Part shown: piece by piece, positions 34,516-39,783 of the stretch | How positions within the stretch are numbered: the stretch's first letter is position 1 | How the letters are laid out: the number at the start of each line of letters is the position of its first letter | DNA from: a virus | Lineage: Duplodnaviria > Caudoviricetes | Virus record (IMG/VR): IMGVR_UViG_3300032303_002095 | Span: 1-39,783 of that record | Reading direction: 5' to 3' (one strand) | Length of the DNA stretch: 39,783 nt | The notes under the pieces: generated by a model | Told to the model about the DNA's origin: nothing | Seen by the model: only the letters and a program-made list of their open reading frames with translations | Databases searched by the model: none | Made by a program: the position numbers and the translations under genes

Positions 34516-36506
34516 TCTGTTTCACTTTCTGTTTGTTTCTTAGGAAGTAGGTCTGCGTCTTTGCTGTCATATAGATTAATTGCTAATTCGGCTGCTCGGT
34601 CAAAGGGAGACTCATTATTAGCAACCGCTCTACGCCATGCCGCTCTAAAAATAGGAATGGACTCATGCCCAAGACCAGAGTACTCAGACATAGCATATAA
34701 AGCATCTTCTGGGGTACTGTAGGCCGACTCATCCTCAATTTCAATATAAAGCTCTCGGTCGGCATAGCCAGTGGCAGTCATAGCCGAGGCAGTTCTGCTA
34801 CTCTTTGAGTGCCCACTAGGAAGTAAGTCATTATCTGTAGTGTATTTGGCATTGTCTGGCTTTCCAGATTTAACAAGCTTGAGGAATGCATTGACACGGC
34901 CCATTGCCCACGAGTTGCGATTCTGATCGGGGCGGTGACTAGTAGAGAATGCTCCGGCACCGCGGCGGTAAACGGCTTTAAGCATTGAAAGGGTAACCTT
35001 CTTTGAGTCAGCGGTGACACTCTTATTATGTGACTCAACCTTGTCCTTAAGCGAGGTTTCTACCTGCTTGGAAAAAGTTACTTTACGTCCGCCAGCAGCA
35101 GAGCCCTTCTTATTCTTATCAGAACCCTTAATCTGATCCTTTTTAGGTGCTGGCTTTGATCCTGCGGTAGCTCTAACTGGTGTATCTTCTGTAATCGGTC
35201 CGCCAGCTGCCCAGGCGTTGCAGGTTCGGCTGGCAGCGCACTTAAAGTCAAATGCGGTACAGTAACCAAGCTCCGCCTGATCAATTGAATCCCATGCACT
35301 ATTTTCTCCGGACCCACCTTGAGCAAGACCAGTCTCAATGCAGTCTAGAGTCTTGGGACGACGATCAAAAAAGACGCAGTTTCCGCAAATACTCTTTTTG
35401 GCTTCTTCTGATGTAGTGTTCCAACGGTCAGCCTTATCCTGCCAAAATTCTTCATTAGGTTCTTTTGGATTTAGCGGTCCGTAACTAGCAGTTTCAATTG
35501 CGTTTTGGCGATTTTTTAAGTTGAGTGGGATACTTTGAGTTGCAGGGGGGCATCCATTGTCAGATTCAGCATCGGCAGTAATAGCAAACTCTCCGGGACG
35601 AAACTCGTGCTCTCCCTTGACTTCACCTGCGGGTGCTTTTGCGGGATCAACGGCTCCGTCGGGAATAACGGCAAAACGGCAGTACCCTTCTGGCTTAACA
35701 GAGAACGCAACTACCGCGCAGGAATCTCCTCCCTGGTATAGAACGCAATTTCCACACTTTACTCCCATTTCAGCATATGGGTTATCTTCTGGTTCATGAT
35801 AGTCAGCCCAAATACCTGTTTGATCTTCATCAAACTTGCCATACTTGTTGGCAATCTCAACAAGAGCTCTAGCTAGATCTCGTTCTTCAGGAACTAGACG
35901 TCCAGCGGCAACAAGAGCATTTCTGCTGGTAAAAACAGTAGGCTGAAGTTCCACAACTACGGGGTGCATGCCCTCGTTAGTTGCATTTACAGGAACTTCA
36001 GCCTCAGATTTTCCCAAAGGAGCCTGAACGGACATAACATCGGCACCAATTGTAGTTCCGATCTGCCATAACCACTTTTCAGTCATATCAATTCTTTCAG
36101 CAAGGAAATTTGCAATTCCTTGTGAGTTAATTGCGTTGGCAACCGTGAAAGCATCATTAAGCTTACCAAGGTGGGCGGTGTATGCCATATATAAGTTGGC
36201 TGACATCTCGATTGGGTCACCAGAAGCTGGCCTAACCTCAATGCAGCTCAGTGCAGCAAGCTCAAGGAGGAAGTGAGGAGCGTCAAAACCAAGTTTACGG
36301 ATGTTTTCCGCGGTGGGGTCTTCAGCACTCGCTGCATCTTCGTAAAGTTCTTGGAAAAAGTCGTGAAACTGAGTAAATTCAGGTCCCTTGACGTTCCAGT
36401 GGTATCCGTGAGCAAGATAGTGAATTGTAACGGTATCAGCAAGGACATGAGCAAGTAATCTTGCTAGCCCTTCCTTACTGAGCTCGTATTCTGATTCTTC
36501 GTACAT
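34512..36506 (-). CDS. Dps/ferritin-like domain fused to Cys-rich and other phage head-associated domains
   Basis: N-terminal Dps signature HGYHWNVKGPEFTQFHDFFQELYE...D..AENIRKLG. Then CGNC..Y....C......V.P.GYC (HiPIP-like Cys spacing), a CPPAT...CGNC...GYC..FDFKC...RTC..W domain, and an LKAVYRRG.GA..SHRP...WAMGRVNAF domain. Confidence 0.8.
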   Translation of the reverse strand: MYEESEYELSKEGLARLLAHVLADTVTIHYLAHGYHWNVKGPEFTQFHDFFQELYEDAASAEDPTAENIRKLGFDAPHFLLELAALSCIEVRPASGDPIEMSANLYMAYTAHLGKLNDAFTVANAINSQGIANFLAERIDMTEKWLWQIGTTIGADVMSVQAPLGKSEAEVPVNATNEGMHPVVVELQPTVFTSRNALVAAGRLVPEERDLARALVEIANKYGKFDEDQTGIWADYHEPEDNPYAEMGVKCGNCVLYQGGDSCAVVAFSVKPEGYCRFAVIPDGAVDPAKAPAGEVKGEHEFRPGEFAITADAESDNGCPPATQSIPLNLKNRQNAIETASYGPLNPKEPNEEFWQDKADRWNTTSEEAKKSICGNCVFFDRRPKTLDCIETGLAQGGSGENSAWDSIDQAELGYCTAFDFKCAASRTCNAWAAGGPITEDTPVRATAGSKPAPKKDQIKGSDKNKKGSAAGGRKVTFSKQVETSLKDKVESHNKSVTADSKKVTLSMLKAVYRRGAGAFSTSHRPDQNRNSWAMGRVNAFLKLVKSGKPDNAKYTTDNDLLPSGHSKSSRTASAMTATGYADRELYIEIEDESAYSTPEDALYAMSEYSGLGHESIPIFRAAWRRAVANNESPFDRAAELAINLYDSKDADLLPKKQTESETE

Positions 36507-36517
36507 GGTTATTTTCC

Positions 36518-38266
36518 TTATTGTTGGATTTGTGATTCATCTGTTGTTGGTTCAGCAAGTTGAATCGGCTGTTCAGCGGGTTGTTCAGCTGTAGGAGCTG
36601 CTCCTTGAGGAACTTCTCCTGGGACTGGCTGTCCTTGGACCGCTTGAGAGAGGTCTTGAGGCATTGGACCGACACTCTGACTCTGCTGAGCCTCTCGAGC
36701 AGCTTGGATAATCTCTGGAGCAACAGCAGCAAGCATTGCTTCAGAGAGTTCGGGCGTAATCATACCCTTTTGGAGCAGAATTCGAAGACCAAGCTCAGTC
36801 GGGCTAGGTGCATCAGCATCAGAGAACCCATGAGTACGTCTCCACGTCTCAAATGAGACTGCCATCTTCTCAAATCCAGAGTCAGCGTCAGATGCGCGGT
36901 CATTTCTGGTTGCAACAGCACTTGGGTCGTACCAAATAACAATTCGATCGACGTCAGCTTCAGTATATCCGTTTGCAACAAGATAGGGACGGAGATAAAC
37001 AACGGTAAGAGCGTCTGCAATGAGTAACATCAACGGTTCGATGTGTGCCTTGTACAGTGCTTCGTCAATTTGAAGGGCATTCGAGTACTTGACGTTGGCA
37101 AGACCGGTAACAATGTCTTTAGGGACGTCGAGGCCCTGAAGAATGCGCTCAAGAACGCGATCGGAACGTGCTGCAAGGGCTGGGTCGAAGCTGCGCTCGA
37201 ACTTGAACTGCTTAATTCTGTCACCAAGCTCTGCAGGACCGCGAATAATAAGAGGAACAACGGCTGAGGCTGAGTCCTCGTCGCGGATGGGGGTCGTCAT
37301 CGCGTCGATGAGTTGGTCTTCGAACTCATCTTGAGCCTCTTCAGGGGTTGGGTCGGCGTAAAGGCCGTCCTCGTCCTCGTAAGGATAGTTGGGGTCAGGT
37401 GTAGAAGCAACAGAGAGGCCGTCAGGCAGGTAGAGAGCACCTGCGTTGAGGCGTGAACGTGCTGTGGCACGGAATGTGCGGTTCAGGAGGAGAAGTTCGG
37501 CGCAAAGGTCAAGCATTCCGCGGAGGCTGGAGTCTGATTCATCGGAGAATCGAGGGTGTGCACGCCAGATACGGCCAACAAAAGCAGTTTTGGGGAGTTT
37601 AATCATTCCCTTGTTGTTTTGATTGCTCATTGCGCTGCCCTGAGTATATTCTCGACGTCCAGAGATGACATAATTGCCCTTGGAGTCCATCGTTAGTTCG
37701 TCAACAGAGCGAATATCCCAGCTTTCAGGGAATCCAGTACCAACAAGAGGAGGCATATTGACGAGGTAGCACTCGCCAGTGACTGAAAGATTGAGTGCAC
37801 AGTCACGGAGAAGACCTGCCTGCCCGCCGTATGCAGAGTCAAGGCGCTGAAGAGCACGTTCTGCGGCTCGAGCGAGGTCTTCATCAAATCCAGGAACCTG
37901 GCGGAGTGGTTTGGGAGCTTCCGAAGGGTCCTGAATGACAGCGGCATAAAGGCGAATTCTTGAAACAACAGATGCAACAAGGTTGAAGGCGTACTTGATC
38001 TCACCAATAGCGTCATAGTATTCCCAGGCTTCTGACTGCCAGGACGTCGACTGAAGGTTACGACGTGATTTGAAGCGGTCAGCTTCGCCCTTGTCGTTAA
38101 GTTTGATTTGAGAGGCGGCAGCGGTAAGGGCTCGAGGCTGGTTATATGCTACGGCGACTGCTCTACCTTCAGGACTTAGAAATACAGAATTAGAAGGGAG
38201 CTGTGCAGCGGCAGATGGAATTCCTGCGCCTCTGATTGGCTCGGGGTCGCGGCTAAAAACGCCCAA
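36518..38266 (-). CDS. Portal protein
   Basis: 582 aa, TTG start with CAGGAG RBS. Motifs WQSEAWEYYDAIGE, RIWRAHPR...DS, RSRL.AG.L.LP, DEDSASAVVPL and GLDVP are typical of cluster-B-like actinophage portals. It heads the morphogenesis operon. Confidence 0.85.
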   Translation of the reverse strand: MGVFSRDPEPIRGAGIPSAAAQLPSNSVFLSPEGRAVAVAYNQPRALTAAASQIKLNDKGEADRFKSRRNLQSTSWQSEAWEYYDAIGEIKYAFNLVASVVSRIRLYAAVIQDPSEAPKPLRQVPGFDEDLARAAERALQRLDSAYGGQAGLLRDCALNLSVTGECYLVNMPPLVGTGFPESWDIRSVDELTMDSKGNYVISGRREYTQGSAMSNQNNKGMIKLPKTAFVGRIWRAHPRFSDESDSSLRGMLDLCAELLLLNRTFRATARSRLNAGALYLPDGLSVASTPDPNYPYEDEDGLYADPTPEEAQDEFEDQLIDAMTTPIRDEDSASAVVPLIIRGPAELGDRIKQFKFERSFDPALAARSDRVLERILQGLDVPKDIVTGLANVKYSNALQIDEALYKAHIEPLMLLIADALTVVYLRPYLVANGYTEADVDRIVIWYDPSAVATRNDRASDADSGFEKMAVSFETWRRTHGFSDADAPSPTELGLRILLQKGMITPELSEAMLAAVAPEIIQAAREAQQSQSVGPMPQDLSQAVQGQPVPGEVPQGAAPTAEQPAEQPIQLAEPTTDESQIQQ

Positions 38267-38300
38267 AATTAACTCCTGTCATTTATAACGGAACGAGGTG

Positions 38301-38591
38301 TTAATCAACCCGTGCGGTTATGATACTGGCGACTGCTGAGAGGGCAAGCGGAAGTGAGAATACTACCGCCGTCGTTGTATCTATTGTATACCATACCGTT
38401 AAAAGTGATCCGAACCAGATGGACTGGCAATAGATGCACGTAAATAGGTAGCCGGTCATGGTGTGCGGGGGTTTGATACTCCAGATCTTGTTACGAAGGG
38501 GTTCAAAGATTGTGTCAATAACAAAGAGACGAGCGAGGCGATACGTCGCAAGGGCAAGAATAATGAAGTGAATTAAAGTGGGTTCGTTCAT
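38301..38591 (-). CDS. DUF1360-like small membrane protein
   Basis: LALATYRLARL...DTIFEPLR...GYLFTCIYCQSIW with hydrophobic segments matches the DUF1360 pattern from memory. Confidence 0.7.
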   Translation of the reverse strand: MNEPTLIHFIILALATYRLARLFVIDTIFEPLRNKIWSIKPPHTMTGYLFTCIYCQSIWFGSLLTVWYTIDTTTAVVFSLPLALSAVASIITARVD

Positions 38592-38956
38592 TCTGTAGGG
38601 TCCTTCATTGAGCTAAGGGTTCGATACGGATTCCAACCTCGGAGCGTGGATCCGCAGCCGCAGTTAGTATCTTTCTTGAACGCGATTGATTTGTTGGAAG
38701 TTGTGAGAACGTAGGAGTCAACTTCAGGGGCGAGGGACTTTTCGAATTGGGCGTAGGGCTCGTGGAAAACAATTTGGGGACCGCCGGGGACGTCCTGGGC
38801 AACGGTAATATGTGTGTCGGTAACAATGACGCGGGTAGTTTGAAGGTAGTAAGTGTTTTCGGGGGGTGGAGAGGACATAAGGCTGTGTGGGTCAGGGTAG
38901 ACGTCCGGAGCAGCAATGACAAAGTGAGCAGGGAAAACATCGTAGAGAATTCTCAT
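38588..38956 (-). CDS. Hypothetical phage protein with CGCG motif
   Basis: 122 aa with ATGA overlap to the downstream gene; C-terminal CGCGSTLRGWNP. Confidence 0.7.
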   Translation of the reverse strand: MRILYDVFPAHFVIAAPDVYPDPHSLMSSPPPENTYYLQTTRVIVTDTHITVAQDVPGGPQIVFHEPYAQFEKSLAPEVDSYVLTTSNKSIAFKKDTNCGCGSTLRGWNPYRTLSSMKDPTE

Positions 38957-38964
38957 GGTGGGGT

Positions 38965-39477
38965 TTAGGTCATTCCTTCCAGACGTCGGGCAATGGCTCT
39001 GTGGGTAACGTGGGCTGCGCGGGCAATGTCGGCAATGGAAACGTTGTTCTCGCGGAGTTCTTTGGTGATTTGATTCATCTCCTGATTGGCTTGATAGGCT
39101 TCGGTAGCTGAGGACATACGGTGTCGGTAGGTCTTAGCAATCGGGGAGAGGTATGCGAGACGTTGGGCGGTGTGAGAGGGTACACCAGGGGAGACGGGGG
39201 TTAGACGTTGATATCCACCTTCTGGAGTTCGGAGGCGTGGAATAGGGACGTCGACGTTGATAAGGTCTCTAGGGTCGGGGGTAGGGTAGCGATCCACCCA
39301 GGATTTAATTGTCGAGCGGGTACGTGTGGGGGAGAGGGCGTTGCCAATAGAGGCTAGAGTCCAACCTGCGTGATAGAGGGAAGAGGCGCGTTTGTGGAGG
39401 TTAGGGCCGGAAAGGGTTGCGAGAAAGTCTGATTCCTTTTTGGGAAGGAATTGGAGTCGGGCGGATCTTCGGGCCAT
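38965..39477 (-). CDS. Double helix-turn-helix DNA-binding protein
   Basis: 170 aa with two HTH-like segments: LYHAGWTLASIGNAL..TRSTIKSWV and LRENNVSIADIARAAHVTHRAIARRL. Confidence 0.7.
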   Translation of the reverse strand: MARRSARLQFLPKKESDFLATLSGPNLHKRASSLYHAGWTLASIGNALSPTRTRSTIKSWVDRYPTPDPRDLINVDVPIPRLRTPEGGYQRLTPVSPGVPSHTAQRLAYLSPIAKTYRHRMSSATEAYQANQEMNQITKELRENNVSIADIARAAHVTHRAIARRLEGMT

Positions 39478-39483
39478 GCTTAT

Positions 39484-39492
39484 ATTGTATCA
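39484..39492 (-). promoter_or_regulatory. Extended -10 promoter for a probable leaderless transcript
   Basis: Minus strand TGA-TACAAT followed by 6 nt (ATAAGC) and the ATG of the HTH gene, with no Shine-Dalgarno. Confidence 0.6.
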
Positions 39493-39660
39493 TACTTTCG
39501 GCAGTGTTTGTCTACTATGCAGAAAAATGATACCTTAACGTATTTTGGTTTTGGCCTACGAGACGGAAGCGTTGTATTTCGGACATATGTTCGATTGTTT
39601 CCAAAATATGCCCCTAGATACCAGTGTTTTATTGTATTTTATTCTGCCCTTAAAACGCGA

Positions 39661-39783
39661 GCGCGTGGCGCGAGGGTGGCGCGTGAGGGTGGCGCGAGGG
39701 TGGCGCGAGGGTGGCGCGTGAGGGTGGCGCGAGGGTGGCGCGTGAGGGTGGCGCGTGAGGGTGGCGCGAGGGTGGCGCGTGAG
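39661..39783 (+). repeat. Tandem array of 11/13-bp units GAGGGTGGCGC(GT), truncated by the window end
   Basis: Nine full units from 39672 (five 13-mers and four 11-mers, order L-S-S-L-S-L-L-S-L) plus partial units at both ends. Confidence 0.95.

Noticed and set aside
448-38968. Numerous short plus-strand and alternate-frame ORFs in the track
   Set aside because: They overlap long minus-strand genes, show Ser/Phe-rich shadow composition, and have no recognisable motifs.
39661-39783. Possible CRISPR array
   Set aside because: The units are 11-13 bp, directly adjacent, with no unique spacers, and no cas genes are present.

Overview
This window is part of a large tailed-phage genome. It resembles actinobacteriophage head/tail genes, and the promoters suggest an actinobacterial host. 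Every credible gene is on the minus strand. Read in transcription order (right to left): a G-rich tandem repeat array, a double-HTH protein, two small conserved proteins, the portal, a Dps/ferritin-fusion multidomain protein (664 aa), a giant 3525-aa polyvalent protein (DEDDh exonuclease, UvrD-like helicase, ArdC/zincin, DnaG-type primase), three small genes, a giant 4699-aa polyvalent protein (SH3/KOW-like repeats, zincin, GNAT, ParB-like, Pif1-like helicase, ADP-ribosyltransferase-like), a small possible immunity gene, a 1663-aa prohead protease fusion, the major capsid protein with fused acidic scaffold, a second (pentamer-type) capsid protein and the start of the major tail protein. The most striking unexplained feature is a short motif, [IL]-D-[KR]-M-[AS], present 16 times (two copies degenerate) in the two giant proteins, with copies at the borders of the enzymatic domains. 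The two giants also share an N-terminal domain, and a second motif, [VIT]-A-[AS]-[GA], punctuates the head proteins. Together this suggests virion-packaged polyproteins that are cut into a ready-made DNA-processing and host-takeover toolkit. All function calls come from motif recognition by eye; no searches were run.
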